Assembly (NCBI GenBank): GCA_965223325.1
Contig: CBDCWI010000002.1
Coordinates: forward strand, 3,680,001 to 3,744,000
Source of the DNA: Candidatus Multivoradales bacterium
GTDB taxonomy: Bacteria > Acidobacteriota > Thermoanaerobaculia > Multivoradales > Multivoraceae
DNA length: 64,000 nucleotides
Reading direction: 5' to 3'
The notes below the pieces were generated by a model. That model was not told the DNA's origin. It saw only the letters and a program-made list of their open reading frames with translations, and did no database searches. Below are positions 38,623 to 49,495 of this stretch, piece by piece (positions within the stretch are counted from its first letter, which is position 1; each line of letters begins with the position of its first letter). A program made the position numbers and the translations under genes.

Positions 38623-39911
38623 TGAAGCTCAACTCGACATTCCTCTTCCAGTCGCTCCCGGTTCAGTGTGGCGTGCGCCTCTCAACCGCGTTTGCCGCCG
38701 GCAACTCGAGCACCGGGAATCCAGCCGTCAGAACCTCGAAGGCCACGCTTCCCCTCGTGCTGGTGGCGGGTGGCAAGAGCGGCGGCCACATCTTCCCGGC
38801 ACTGGCGGTGGCAGAAGAGCTGCGCACCCGCGGCTGGCGCGTCGAAATGGTTGGCGCCGAAGACAGCATGGAGAAGCGGCTTGCCGAGAAGAATGGGGTG
38901 CCCTTTCATGCGGTCGAAGCCAGGCCGCTGGTTGGTCGCGGGATGATCGCGAAGATTAAGGCGCTGATGGTTCTGGGCCGATCGGCCTTCCAGGCGCGAC
39001 GCTTGCTACGCAGGTTGCGCCCCGACGCCGTCTTGGGGACTGGAGGCTTCGTTTCGGCCCCCACGGTCCTGGGTGCCCGATTGGCCGGTGTGCCTTCTCT
39101 GTTGATCGAACCCAACGCCGAGGTCGGCGTCGCCAATCGTTGGCTATCGCTGTTTGCCACCGGCGCCGTGACCGCCTGGCCCGAGACCGTCGAGAGGCTG
39201 CACTGCATCACCGTGGCGACGGGAATTCCGGTGCGCACCGGCTTCTTTGCGGTTCCGGCCCTCGAGCCCAAAGCGAGCCGCGAGGAGACCAGGAGGGTTG
39301 TGGTCCTCGGGGGCAGCCAGGGCTCGCGTTCGCTGAACCTCAGTGTTCCGTTGGCCTTTGCCAGGCTGCGGGCTGAACGCGGGGAGGACCTGCCGCACAT
39401 TGAGCTTCTCCATCAGGCGGGCCGCGAAAGGAGCGAAGAAGCTTCGGCTGCCTATCGCGAAGCACTTGGTGACGGGCCCGCCGGAGGCCTCGAGTTGACG
39501 GTCACTCCGTTCCTCGATGACACGGTAAGTGCGATGGCCAGCGCCGATCTGGTGCTCTCACGCGCCGGTGCGATCACCCTTGCGGAGTTGCAAGCCGCGG
39601 GTCGCGGTGCTCTCCTGGTGCCGCTGCCGATCGCTGGTGGTCACCAAGAGGACAACGCACGTGCCGTTGCGAGCGCCGGTGCGGCGGTCGTCGTTCTAGA
39701 AGAGAGCACGTCGGCCGAGCCCGAAGTGCGAACGGAGCTGGCTGGCCGGATCGCCGCGGCGCTCGCTCGAGTTCTGGTCGACGAACCGACAGCACTCGCC
39801 GAGATGGGAGCGCGCGCGCGTGAGCTGGCGAAGCCCGAAGCATGTGCGGAGATCGCGTCGTTTCTCGAGGGCATTGCCAAGAGCAGGCCAGTAGCCGGGG
39901 AGGCGGCCTGA
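38622..39911 (+). CDS. murG: Lipid II GlcNAc transferase
   Basis: AGGKSGGHIFP, GTGGFVS, EPNA, GGSQG, SRAGA, HQEDNA. Start uncertain. Confidence 0.93.
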   Translation: MKLNSTFLFQSLPVQCGVRLSTAFAAGNSSTGNPAVRTSKATLPLVLVAGGKSGGHIFPALAVAEELRTRGWRVEMVGAEDSMEKRLAEKNGVPFHAVEARPLVGRGMIAKIKALMVLGRSAFQARRLLRRLRPDAVLGTGGFVSAPTVLGARLAGVPSLLIEPNAEVGVANRWLSLFATGAVTAWPETVERLHCITVATGIPVRTGFFAVPALEPKASREETRRVVVLGGSQGSRSLNLSVPLAFARLRAERGEDLPHIELLHQAGRERSEEASAAYREALGDGPAGGLELTVTPFLDDTVSAMASADLVLSRAGAITLAELQAAGRGALLVPLPIAGGHQEDNARAVASAGAAVVVLEESTSAEPEVRTELAGRIAAALARVLVDEPTALAEMGARARELAKPEACAEIASFLEGIAKSRPVAGEAA

Positions 39912-39912
39912 C

Positions 39913-41325
39913 ATGTTTCAACATCTTGCAGGTCTCGATCACATTCATTTCGTTGGCATTGGCGGTGCCGGCATGAGTGGCATTGCCGAAGTGTTGCTCG
40001 ACTACGACCTCGAAGTGTCGGGCTCCGACCTCCAGTCGACCTCGGTCACCGAACGCCTCGCCAGCCTGGGTGCGACGATTCACCTGGGACACGACGCTGC
40101 GCAGGTTGGCGACGCGGATCTGGTGGTCGTGTCGTCGGCGGTCCCGGATGAGAACCCCGAGATCCTGGCAGCAGAGGCGGCTGGCATCACCGTCGTCCGG
40201 CGGGCCGAGATGCTCGGCGAACTCATGCGCCTCAAGTACGGCATCGCGGTCGCGGGGACGCACGGCAAGACCACCACGACCTCGTTGATTGGCACCGTCC
40301 TGACCGAGGCAGGGCTCGACCCGACGGTGATCGTCGGTGGACGCATGCGGGTGTCGGGTACCGGCGCTCGTCATGGCAAGAGCGACTTCCTGGTTGCCGA
40401 GGCGGATGAGTTCGACCGCAGCTTCCTTCGCCTTGCGCCGATTCTGGCGGTGATCACCAACATCGATGTCGAGCATCTCGATACCTACAGCGATCTCGAC
40501 GAGATCGTCGACGCCTTCGAGGCGTTCGCCTCCCGCGTACCGTTCTTCGGGCAGGTGATCCTGTGCCTCGACGACCCCAACGTGCAGCGCCTTCTGCCCC
40601 GGCTTGCCGACCGTCGGGTGGTGACCTACGGGCTATCTCCGCAAGCCGAGCTCTGTGCCTCCGACCTGGTCAATGAAGACGGCGGCGGCACTTCCTTTGC
40701 GGTGCGCCACGCGCGCCTTGGAGAACTCGGTCGCCTGACCATTCCGATGCCCGGCGAACACAACGTGTGCAACGCACTGGCAGCGGTTGCCACGGGAATG
40801 GCGCTTGGTCTCGAGTTCTGTGCAGCAGCGCGCGGTCTCGAAGACTTTCCGGGTGTCCACCGTCGTTTCGAACGCCTGGGCTTCTTTCATGGTGCCGAGG
40901 TCATCGACGATTACGCGCATCATCCGACTGAGGTCACCGCAACACTGCGTGCAGCGCGCCAGGTCTATCCTGCCGGTCAGATTCACGCGGTTTTTCAACC
41001 ACATCTGTTCAGTCGTACTCGCGATCACGCCGAGGGATTCGGGGCGGCGCTCCTGCTGGCCGACTCGGCGTGGATCACCGACATCTACCCATCGCGCGAG
41101 CAGGCGATCGAAGGTGTGACGTCGGAGCTGGTGCTCGATGCCGCCCGCCAGAGTGGCCATCGTCGCGTCGAGTGGGCCTCGGACTGGGAGGCCATGAAAG
41201 AGCGCCTGGCAGGCGAGGTTCGTTCAGGTGACGCGGTCATCACCCTTGGTGCTGGCGATATCTACAAATTCGCCCACGGTCTCGTCGAGCAGTCGACCGG
41301 AAGTGTGGCCCGAAGTCATGTTTGA
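39913..41325 (+). CDS. murC: UDP-MurNAc-L-Ala ligase
   Basis: HFVGIGGAGMSGIA, GTHGKTTT, EADEFDRSF, DDYAHHPTE, FQPH. Confidence 0.97.
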   Translation: MFQHLAGLDHIHFVGIGGAGMSGIAEVLLDYDLEVSGSDLQSTSVTERLASLGATIHLGHDAAQVGDADLVVVSSAVPDENPEILAAEAAGITVVRRAEMLGELMRLKYGIAVAGTHGKTTTTSLIGTVLTEAGLDPTVIVGGRMRVSGTGARHGKSDFLVAEADEFDRSFLRLAPILAVITNIDVEHLDTYSDLDEIVDAFEAFASRVPFFGQVILCLDDPNVQRLLPRLADRRVVTYGLSPQAELCASDLVNEDGGGTSFAVRHARLGELGRLTIPMPGEHNVCNALAAVATGMALGLEFCAAARGLEDFPGVHRRFERLGFFHGAEVIDDYAHHPTEVTATLRAARQVYPAGQIHAVFQPHLFSRTRDHAEGFGAALLLADSAWITDIYPSREQAIEGVTSELVLDAARQSGHRRVEWASDWEAMKERLAGEVRSGDAVITLGAGDIYKFAHGLVEQSTGSVARSHV

Positions 41326-41340
41326 AGCACGGGTCCAGCG

Positions 41341-42306
41341 ATGATGGAGTATCGAGACCTCGAGCGCGAGCCTCCGTGGGTGAAGCCACCCGCCGAGAGA
41401 GTCCCGCTACCGCCGCCGCCGGCGGCCGGCGACGACCAGCGTGCCGGTCGGCGCCTCGAAGAACTCCTGCCGTCGCCGTTCAGGCGTCGGGTCGACGCAC
41501 CGCGTCGTCGTCGCTCGCGCCCCTGGTTGCGGCGCCTGCGTCGTCTCGCGGTGCTGTTGGCGATGCTGGTGCCACTGGCAGCGGCAGGCCTCTGGGCGCT
41601 GCGCTCACCGACCATGGCGCTGGCACGTCTCCAGGTGGAGGGTACGTCGAAAGTCGACCAACAGTGGATCGAAGAGCAGCTGCGCCCGGTGCGGCGTCAG
41701 AACCTTCTCCTGTTGCGGCTCGATCCGCTGCAGGCTGCGCTCGAAGCGCATCCTTGGGTGCGTTCGGTGGGCTTGCGCAAAGAACCGCCCGACCTGCTAA
41801 TCGTTGCCGTCGAAGAACATCAGTCGGTGGCGTGTGCGCGCTTCGCGGATGGGTGGTTCTGGCTGGCAGAGAGTGGCGAGGTCATCACTGGTTGTGGGGC
41901 AGAGCCGCCGGCCGACGCCTTGCAGCTGGAGGTCGCAGCTCTTCTCGGGCCCGGGGAGGCTTGGTTGGGCGACACGCCGCAACCGGTGAGATTGGCGTTG
42001 TCGGCGGTGGACGAACTGCGCGAAGTCCATCCGCCGTGGGGCGAACGGGTCGCCACCCTCCGTCTACTTGGCGAGGAAGATTTTGAGCTCTCGATCGAAG
42101 GAGTGCGCTTCGCTCTGCGGATGCGACCGGGGTCGGCGCGAGAGCGGCTGGACACGTTGCGCCAGCTGCTGCCGCAGGTGGCCTCGCGATACGAAGTCGT
42201 CGAGACGATCGATCTTCGCTTCGAACGCCGCATCGTGCTCGGCGGTGCCGAGCTCCACCCCGTCACAAAGGGCGACGGTGGAGGCGAGATGAGGGCATCT
42301 GGATGA
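41341..42306 (+). CDS. ftsQ: Cell division protein FtsQ/DivIB
   Basis: TM plus POTRA (LEAHPWVRSV..P..L.V.VEE) and C-terminal IDLRF. Confidence 0.85.
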   Translation: MMEYRDLEREPPWVKPPAERVPLPPPPAAGDDQRAGRRLEELLPSPFRRRVDAPRRRRSRPWLRRLRRLAVLLAMLVPLAAAGLWALRSPTMALARLQVEGTSKVDQQWIEEQLRPVRRQNLLLLRLDPLQAALEAHPWVRSVGLRKEPPDLLIVAVEEHQSVACARFADGWFWLAESGEVITGCGAEPPADALQLEVAALLGPGEAWLGDTPQPVRLALSAVDELREVHPPWGERVATLRLLGEEDFELSIEGVRFALRMRPGSARERLDTLRQLLPQVASRYEVVETIDLRFERRIVLGGAELHPVTKGDGGGEMRASG

Positions 42307-42393
42307 TGTGCGTGGATTTTTCGGAGTGCAACGGAACGGGCAGAAATGAGATGGTGGGAACGCTTCTCTTTGGGAAAGATTGGGGACTGACCT

Positions 42394-43632
42394 ATGGCTA
42401 GACCGGAAAAGTACTTCGTCGGAGTCGATGTCGGCTCCTCGAAGGTGGCAGTGCTGATCGGTCAGCGCGACGAGAGCGGCGAACTCGAAGTCGTCGGCAA
42501 GGGCATGGCCCCGCATCGTGGAACGCGCCGCGGCAACATCGTCAACGTCGAGGCCACCGTCGAGGCGTTGAAACAGGCGACGGAAGAGGCCGAGGTGATG
42601 GCCGGCGTCGAGGTGTCGCGGGCTTACGTTGGGGTCGCAGGCTCTGATGTGCGCAGCATCAACAGCCGAGGCATGGTCTACGTGTCGAGGAAGGATCGCG
42701 AGATCACCCGTCAGGACATCCAGCGTGTGCTGGAGGCGGCACGGTCGCCGGCGCTGCCGTCTGACCGCGAGATCCTGCACGCCATCCCGCAGGAGTTTGT
42801 CGTTGACGAGCAGGGTGGAATCGCCGAACCGCTAGGCATGCTGGGCAGTCGACTCGAAGTCGCGGTGCACCTGGTGACCGGCCACCAGACCCGCAACAAG
42901 ACGCTGCTCACCTGCGTCAATCGCGCCGGCATCGAGGTGATCGAGTTGGTGCTCGAGCCGCTGGCAACTGCCGAGGCACTCTTGACTCCAGATGAGCGTG
43001 AGCTCGGCTCTCTGTTGATCGACCTGGGGTGCGGCACGACCGGCGTGGCTGTATTCGGCGAGGGCGAGATTCAGCACAGCACGGTCATCCCGATTGGCGC
43101 CAGCCACTTCACCAATGACATCGCCCAGGTGTTGCGCACTCCGTTTGCGGAAGCTGAGCGCATCAAGGTGCGGCGCGGCTGTTGCTTGACCAACATGGTT
43201 GCCGACGACGAGGGGATTTCGGTTCCTGCAGTCGGCGGCGGCGGCTCGCGCGTCGTGCCCCGGCATGAGGTCTCCGACATTCTGCAACCGCGTGCCGAGG
43301 AGCTCTTCCAGCTGGTGCGCGAAGACCTGGCGCGCAACTCTGCTGAAGAGCAACTGCGCGGCGGAGTGATTCTCACCGGCGGCGGCGCACAGCTCGACGG
43401 TCTGCTCGAGCTCGCCGAGCAGGTCTTCGATGCCAGCGTCCGCTACGGCATGCCGCGCGGGCTGGGCGGCCTGGTCGACGTCATCAATTCACCCATCTGG
43501 GCGACTGCCGCCGGCCTTCTGCGCTACGGCCTGGCCAGCGAGAAGCTGCGGCGGCGCGGCCAGAAACGTTCGATCTGGAGCATGCGCAGCATGGTCGGCA
43601 ACCTGCGCGGCATGTTCCAGGACCTGTTGTAG
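42394..43632 (+). CDS. ftsA: Cell division protein FtsA
   Basis: VDVGSSKV, PQEFVVD, DLGCGTT, TNDI, AERIK, LTGGGA. Confidence 0.96.
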   Translation: MARPEKYFVGVDVGSSKVAVLIGQRDESGELEVVGKGMAPHRGTRRGNIVNVEATVEALKQATEEAEVMAGVEVSRAYVGVAGSDVRSINSRGMVYVSRKDREITRQDIQRVLEAARSPALPSDREILHAIPQEFVVDEQGGIAEPLGMLGSRLEVAVHLVTGHQTRNKTLLTCVNRAGIEVIELVLEPLATAEALLTPDERELGSLLIDLGCGTTGVAVFGEGEIQHSTVIPIGASHFTNDIAQVLRTPFAEAERIKVRRGCCLTNMVADDEGISVPAVGGGGSRVVPRHEVSDILQPRAEELFQLVREDLARNSAEEQLRGGVILTGGGAQLDGLLELAEQVFDASVRYGMPRGLGGLVDVINSPIWATAAGLLRYGLASEKLRRRGQKRSIWSMRSMVGNLRGMFQDLL

Positions 43633-43732
43633 CCGCTGGCCGTCGAAACCAAACCAGCACGACTCATTTACACACCCACCAACCATCCCTCGAGTCTCCT
43701 GACTCTTTCCCTACGAACCGAGGACTGAACCC

Positions 43733-45073
43733 ATGATCCTTTTTGACGAAACCGAAGACACGACGACCGAAGGTCCCCGCATTACTTTCGATCAGGACCC
43801 GGTGAGCCCGGCTGTGATCAAGGTTCTGGGCATCGGCGGCGGCGGCGGGAACGCAGTGAATCGAATGATCGATGCCAACCTTCGCGGCATCGAGTTCATG
43901 GCCTGCAACACCGACCTGCAGGCGCTTTCCAACTGTCGCGCTCCCACCAAGTTGCAACTCGGTGTGCAGCTCACCCGCGGACTTGGCGCCGGCGCCGATC
44001 CGAGCATCGGTCGCGATGCAGCTCTCGAAGACACCGAGAACATTCTGCAGTTTCTAGAAGGCGCCGACATGGTCTTTCTAACCGCCGGGCTCGGCGGCGG
44101 CACGGGAACCGGAGCGGCGCCGATCATTGCGTCGCTCGCTTCTGAGATCGGTGCGTTGACGGTCGCGGTGGTGACCAAGCCGTTCGGTTTCGAAGGTCGG
44201 CGGCGGATGCAGATCGCCGAGATGGGCGTCGAGCACTTGCGCAGCGCCGTCGATACCGTCATCACCATTCCGAATCAGCGGCTGTTGAGTTTCGTCGATC
44301 GCGGAACCCCGCTCTCGGAAGCCTTCCTGATTGCCGATGATGTGCTGCGGCAGGCCGTCCAGGGAATCAGCGACCTGATCACGGTGCCTGGCGAAGTCAA
44401 CGCGGACTTTGCAGACGTCAAGACCATCATGTCGGGAATGGGCATGGCGCTCATGGGCACCGGAATCGCGTCGGGCGAGAACCGGGCCCTGGAGGCCGCG
44501 CAACGCGCCATCGCGTCGCCGCTTCTGGAGGACACGTCGATTCAGGGTGCCAAGGGCGTCCTGATCAACATTTCGGGTTCCAAGAACCTGACCCTGCACG
44601 AAGTCGCCGAAGCGGCGGATGTCATTGCAGAGGCTGTCGATCCAGACGCCAACATCATCTCGGGGCTGGTACTCGATCCGACCCTCGAAGACGACATGAA
44701 GGTGACCGTCATCGCCACCGGCTTCCCGTACACGCCAACCGAGCAGCCTGCCGTTCCGCAGCGCGAGCCCCTTGCTCCGCCTCGTCCGAAGCATCTAGAG
44801 CGCGAACCGGAGATCCGACGCTACGAGTCGCCGCGCGACCTGCCCGTCATGTCGTCGCCCCCGGCCCCGGAGTTGCCGATGTCATCGGAAACAAACAGTG
44901 ACGAGGAGATCGACCTGACTCTCGGCGGGGACGGTCGAGAAGAGACAGAGGTTCCCTTCTACAAGCGCGTCCTGGCCGAGCGCCACGGCGACGACAACGG
45001 TGGCTTCGGCCCCAACCAGCGCGATGTCGACGACTACGACATCCCGACGATTCTGCGCAAAGCCTCTGACTGA
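43733..45073 (+). CDS. ftsZ: Cell division protein FtsZ
   Basis: [27 protein letters not shown]-terminal DIPTILRK. Confidence 0.98.
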   Translation: MILFDETEDTTTEGPRITFDQDPVSPAVIKVLGIGGGGGNAVNRMIDANLRGIEFMACNTDLQALSNCRAPTKLQLGVQLTRGLGAGADPSIGRDAALEDTENILQFLEGADMVFLTAGLGGGTGTGAAPIIASLASEIGALTVAVVTKPFGFEGRRRMQIAEMGVEHLRSAVDTVITIPNQRLLSFVDRGTPLSEAFLIADDVLRQAVQGISDLITVPGEVNADFADVKTIMSGMGMALMGTGIASGENRALEAAQRAIASPLLEDTSIQGAKGVLINISGSKNLTLHEVAEAADVIAEAVDPDANIISGLVLDPTLEDDMKVTVIATGFPYTPTEQPAVPQREPLAPPRPKHLEREPEIRRYESPRDLPVMSSPPAPELPMSSETNSDEEIDLTLGGDGREETEVPFYKRVLAERHGDDNGGFGPNQRDVDDYDIPTILRKASD

Positions 45074-45080
45074 ACAGGTG

Positions 45081-45105
45081 GTGGGGGGCGGCCGCCGCCC
45101 CCCAC
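45081..45105 (+). terminator. Strong hairpin after ftsZ
   Basis: GTGGGGGGCGG-CCG-CCGCCCCCCAC perfect 11-bp stem, with only a weak U-tract. Confidence 0.6.
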
Positions 45106-45178
45106 TCGTTCTCAGACGGCCTGAAGGGTTCCGGCGACGGTTTTCTGGGAAACCTCGTCGGAGCCGGCGTGCGAACTG

Positions 45179-47302
45179 GTGCCCAAGCAAAGAGGGGTTG
45201 ATACTCTTCTATGTCCGCCGCTCGGACAGTCTTCCTCTCGCCGGGCGATTCCCTGGACTCTGACTCCGAAGTCTGACGCACCCTTGAACCGCCTCGAGCC
45301 AGGTTCGGTCCTGGACAACAAGTACGAGATCCTCGCCTGTCTCAATGAGATCGGGCCGTCTGAGGTCTATCTAGCGCGCCACCTACACCTCGATGCACAG
45401 CGGGTGGTCAAGGTTCTGGGGAACGAGAACGCGCGCGACCCTGAGGTCCTGGCCCGGTTTCAACGCGAGGCGCTCACGGCGACGCAGATTCAGCACCCGC
45501 GCATCGCAACCCTCTACGACTATTCAGTGATCGGCGATGGTGACTTCTACATGGTTTGGGAGTACATCGAGGGTCGCGACCTCGCCAGTTGGCTCGACAG
45601 ACACGGGCGTGTTCCCTTGCTTCCGGGGGTCGAGTTGGCGATTCAGGGGCTCGAGGGTCTACTGGCTCTCCACGAGGCCGGCATCCTGCATCGTGACGTG
45701 AGCCCCGACAACATGATGCTGACCCGCGACGCAGCAGGTGCGGTTTGTCTAAAGCTCATCGACTTCGGCCTGGCCCGCACTACGGCTGACGCGGAGCTGG
45801 AGTCGGGGTTTTTCGGGGGTAAGTTCCTCTATTGCTCACCCGAGCAGGCTGGGGTCACAGAGGGCGGAACGGTCGACCACAGGAGCGACCTCTACTGCTT
45901 CGGTCTGGTGATCTACGAGATGCTGACGGGGCATCGACCTTGGACCAGCGGTCAGGAAGAGAGCCTCGAGGCGCGCTTTGGTAACCCGCCGCTCCCCATG
46001 CGTTCGCGTAACCCCGAAGTCGAGATTCCTGTTGAGTTGGATCGCACCGTCATGCGAGCGCTCTCGGCATCGCCCCAAGCGCGTCAGCAAGATGCCCGCG
46101 AGCTGCTCGCCGAGCTCGAGCGCGCCTTGCGCGGGCTGCGAGCCGAGGAACGGCTGCGCGACGAGCAGGTGCGGTTGTCAGGCTCCAGGCCCATCGAAGA
46201 CGACGAGGAACGTCGGCCCGACGCGGTGCCCGACGAGATCCGCGACGCGCCGAGCCTGGTTGGCATCGCCGAGCGCTCGCTGCGTGCCGGGCGGCTCGAG
46301 CTTGCCGAAAGCGCAATGCGCCGGCTACGAGCTCTCGAGCGACCACCGCTGGGGATGGCTGAACTCGAGCGTCGCCTAGAAGATTCGCGGGCGCGCCGCC
46401 TACGCATGCAGGTCATGCAAACCGAAGAGCTGCTGGAGCAACACATCCAGGAACGTCGCCAGGGTCTGGCCGAGCTGGCGCTCGAGGTGCTGGTCCAACT
46501 CGCCCCCGACCATCCGGAACGTGCAGCCCTCGAGTGGCGCGTCGAGTCGATCGGCTCGAAACTCGGTCCCGCCCATGACCCTCGCCGCATGTTCGAGGAA
46601 GGCCGTCGGCTGGCTGTGCGCGGTGATCTCGACGGTGCTAGGCGAATCGCCGACCAGCTCCGTCATGATCAACGTGGCGCACACTTCAGCCGCCAGCTCG
46701 ACCAGCAGGTCAAGGAGCTCGAAAAGGGTGAGAGATCAGATCGCGCCGCGCGCAAGCTCAAGGCGCAGGTCGAGAAACTGCTCGAAGTCGGTCGCATCGA
46801 TGAGGCCGAGCAGGAGATCAACAAGCTCAGCGCGCTCTCCGTCCCGCGCCTGGTGACCGACCTTTTGCGCCAACGGATCGACGAAAGTCGTGACGTTTCT
46901 CGTCGCCATTGGCAAGGTCGCATGATCGAAATGCGTTTCCCTCGACTGCTCGAGAATCGTGACTGGGAAGGCGCCCGCGGGGCAGCCCGCGAACTACGCG
47001 AGCTGCTTCCGGCAAGTGAACGCCCCGCCGAAATGCTCGCCGAGGTGGATCGGTGTGAGCGCGAAGAAGAACGGCAGGACGCACTCATTCACGGGCGCCA
47101 GTTGGTCGAGCAGTTTCTGGAGTCCGAGCGACTCAGTGAGGCAGAGACGGCCCTCGCCACCTTGATTCAACTCGATCCCGATCATCCCGATCGCGCTCGT
47201 CTCGAGAATGAACTCAAGGCATGCCAGTCCAATGAACTCGAGTACTCGCCCGATCAGGCGGTAGCCTCCGTCGAGGCGCAGACGTCCCAGTCGGCCGACT
47301 GA
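45179..47302 (+). CDS. Hanks-type Ser/Thr protein kinase with helical-repeat C-terminus
   Basis: VVKVL, RFQRE, HRDVSPDN, DFG, YCSPEQ, DLYCFG. No TM segment. Start uncertain (TTG 45284 possible). Confidence 0.88.
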   Translation: MPKQRGVDTLLCPPLGQSSSRRAIPWTLTPKSDAPLNRLEPGSVLDNKYEILACLNEIGPSEVYLARHLHLDAQRVVKVLGNENARDPEVLARFQREALTATQIQHPRIATLYDYSVIGDGDFYMVWEYIEGRDLASWLDRHGRVPLLPGVELAIQGLEGLLALHEAGILHRDVSPDNMMLTRDAAGAVCLKLIDFGLARTTADAELESGFFGGKFLYCSPEQAGVTEGGTVDHRSDLYCFGLVIYEMLTGHRPWTSGQEESLEARFGNPPLPMRSRNPEVEIPVELDRTVMRALSASPQARQQDARELLAELERALRGLRAEERLRDEQVRLSGSRPIEDDEERRPDAVPDEIRDAPSLVGIAERSLRAGRLELAESAMRRLRALERPPLGMAELERRLEDSRARRLRMQVMQTEELLEQHIQERRQGLAELALEVLVQLAPDHPERAALEWRVESIGSKLGPAHDPRRMFEEGRRLAVRGDLDGARRIADQLRHDQRGAHFSRQLDQQVKELEKGERSDRAARKLKAQVEKLLEVGRIDEAEQEINKLSALSVPRLVTDLLRQRIDESRDVSRRHWQGRMIEMRFPRLLENRDWEGARGAARELRELLPASERPAEMLAEVDRCEREEERQDALIHGRQLVEQFLESERLSEAETALATLIQLDPDHPDRARLENELKACQSNELEYSPDQAVASVEAQTSQSAD

Positions 47303-47391
47303 GCTTCCGGCGCATACCCCATCAAGAAAGAACCACCCGTTGTGCCACTCGGCCAACGGGCGATGAGGCCTCATCCAGGCCACGAGGATGT

Positions 47392-49488
47392 ATGACTCGT
47401 TCTGCTACTGAACCCCGCTCGACGACCCCGGCCAAACGCTCTTCACCCGCCCTGCGCCTTGGCCTCATGTTGCTCTCACGGGCGCTCGACGAGCGCTTCG
47501 AGTCGCTGCGCCTCTCGGGTCGAGTCGCCAAGTGGTACAGCGCAATCGGTAACGAGGGCATCACCGTTCCGGCCGGTCTGGCACTCGATCAACGCGATGT
47601 CCTGGTGACGTTGCATCGCGACCTCGGGGCGATTCTGGGCGTCTATCTCGATCCAGCGCGCACCTTTCCGGGCCTGGGCCTGCCGGCTGAAGCACAGAAG
47701 CCAGAACCCGAGGCGATTCTCGAGCGCCTGGCCCGTCAGCTGCTCGGCCGCGCCGGCGGCTTCTCGGAGGGGATCGAGCGCTCGTATCACTACGGCTACT
47801 TCGACGAAGCTGCTGGTATTCAACACATCGGCATGATCAGCCACCTCGGCTCGATGATTCCGGTCACCGCCGGTGCGGCCTTCGCGCGCCAGCGCGAAGG
47901 GAACGGCGGCATCGCGATCAACTTCATCGGCGAAGGTGGAACCTCGACGGGCGACTTTCACGAGGCGCTCAATATCGCCTCGGTGTGGAAGCTACCGATG
48001 GTTCTTGTGGTTGAGAACAACCAGTTTGCCTTCTCTACGCCGGCGGCGGCGCAGTTCTCCTGTGAACGCCTTTCGGATCGTGCGCTCGGCTATGGCATGG
48101 CCGGAGAGACCATCGACGGCAACGACCCCGAGCGCATGCAGACCGCGGTCGAGGCGGCAGTGCGCCGCGCCCGCGAGGGGCGCGGGCCGACTTTGCTCGA
48201 GGCGGTCGTCGGTCGCATGCGAGGTCACGCCGAGGGGGACGACTCGCTGAAGGTGGTTCCCGAGGAAGATCTCGAGCGCTACCGCGCCGCCGACCCGGTG
48301 CCGGCCTACAGGACGCGCCTGATCTCAGGCGGCGTGCTTGACGAGGCCATCGTGAGGGCGCTCGAGGAGCGCGCCCATGAGCTCACCGAGCTGGCCCTCG
48401 ACCGTGCCCTCGAGGCGCCGCTACCCGACGCCTCGGTGGCCAGACGCCCGGTCCGTGCAGCGGCTTCCCCGGACAGGATCGCGATTCCCACCCCCACGAG
48501 CCGCGCGCCCGCGGATGATTCGACGTCGTACGTTGACGCGATTTCCCGCGCCCTCTCTGAAGCGATGGAGAGCGACCCTTCGGTGGTCCTCATGGGCCAG
48601 GACATCGGAGCTTTCGAAGGTGCGTTCCGTGTGACTCGCGGGCTCCACCAGCGCTGGCCCGAGCGTGTGCGTGACACCCCGATCGCCGAAAGCGGCACTC
48701 TCGGTCTCGCTGCCGGTGCGGCACTCCTCGGGCTGAAACCAATCGTCGAGATGCAGTTCGCCGACTTCGTCTCCTGCGGCTTCAACCAGATCGTCAATGT
48801 CATGGCCAAGCTCTACTACCGCTTCGAACGCCCCTGTCCGGTGGTCATACGCCTGCCTTCGGGGGGTGGCGTTGGCGCCGGCGCTTTCCATTCGCAAAAC
48901 CCTGAGGGTTGGTTCGCGCACACCGCAGGGCTCGAGGTGGTGTGCCCTGCCACCGCAGTCGACGCCTGGTCGCTGATGCACGCGGCGATACAGAGCCCCA
49001 ACCCGGTGATCTTCTGCGAGCACAAGTATCTCTATCGCCGGATCAAAGAGGTCCTGCCGATGGAGTGGGAGCCCGAGGTCCTCGGTCGCGCTGCGGTGCG
49101 TCGGCCGGGCTCTGACCTGACGCTGGTCGGCTATGGCGCGTCGGTCTGGACGTGCATCGACGTTGCGGAGGCACTCTCGGAAGCCGGCGTGGCGGAAGCA
49201 GAAGTCGTTGACCTGCGTACGCTCGTTCCGCTCGACGAGGAGACGCTTCTCGAGTCAGTCAAGAAAACCGGCCGCGCGATCGTCGTTCACGAAGCGCAGC
49301 GCACAGGTGGCTTCGGTGCCGAGATTGCAGCGCGCATTGCCGATTCAGCCTTCGCCTGGCTCGACGCGCCGGTCAAGCGCGTGGCCTATGCCGATCGCCC
49401 GGTTCCGTACCTGAAAGTGCTCGAGAAAGAGCTTCTACCTGACGTCGACCGAGTCACCGCCGTTGCCCGCGAGGTCCTGGCCTTCTAG
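47392..49488 (+). CDS. 2-oxoacid dehydrogenase E1 alpha/beta fusion
   Basis: TPP motif GEGGTSTGDFHEALN..ENN, DTPIAES, EMQFADF, HSQ, EHK.LY. Confidence 0.92.
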   Translation: MTRSATEPRSTTPAKRSSPALRLGLMLLSRALDERFESLRLSGRVAKWYSAIGNEGITVPAGLALDQRDVLVTLHRDLGAILGVYLDPARTFPGLGLPAEAQKPEPEAILERLARQLLGRAGGFSEGIERSYHYGYFDEAAGIQHIGMISHLGSMIPVTAGAAFARQREGNGGIAINFIGEGGTSTGDFHEALNIASVWKLPMVLVVENNQFAFSTPAAAQFSCERLSDRALGYGMAGETIDGNDPERMQTAVEAAVRRAREGRGPTLLEAVVGRMRGHAEGDDSLKVVPEEDLERYRAADPVPAYRTRLISGGVLDEAIVRALEERAHELTELALDRALEAPLPDASVARRPVRAAASPDRIAIPTPTSRAPADDSTSYVDAISRALSEAMESDPSVVLMGQDIGAFEGAFRVTRGLHQRWPERVRDTPIAESGTLGLAAGAALLGLKPIVEMQFADFVSCGFNQIVNVMAKLYYRFERPCPVVIRLPSGGGVGAGAFHSQNPEGWFAHTAGLEVVCPATAVDAWSLMHAAIQSPNPVIFCEHKYLYRRIKEVLPMEWEPEVLGRAAVRRPGSDLTLVGYGASVWTCIDVAEALSEAGVAEAEVVDLRTLVPLDEETLLESVKKTGRAIVVHEAQRTGGFGAEIAARIADSAFAWLDAPVKRVAYADRPVPYLKVLEKELLPDVDRVTAVAREVLAF

Positions 49489-49495
49489 GCGCCTT

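Noticed and set aside
41322-42086. 254-aa alternative-frame ORF over ftsQ
   Set aside because: Low-complexity Ala/Arg/Gly shadow of the real ftsQ frame.
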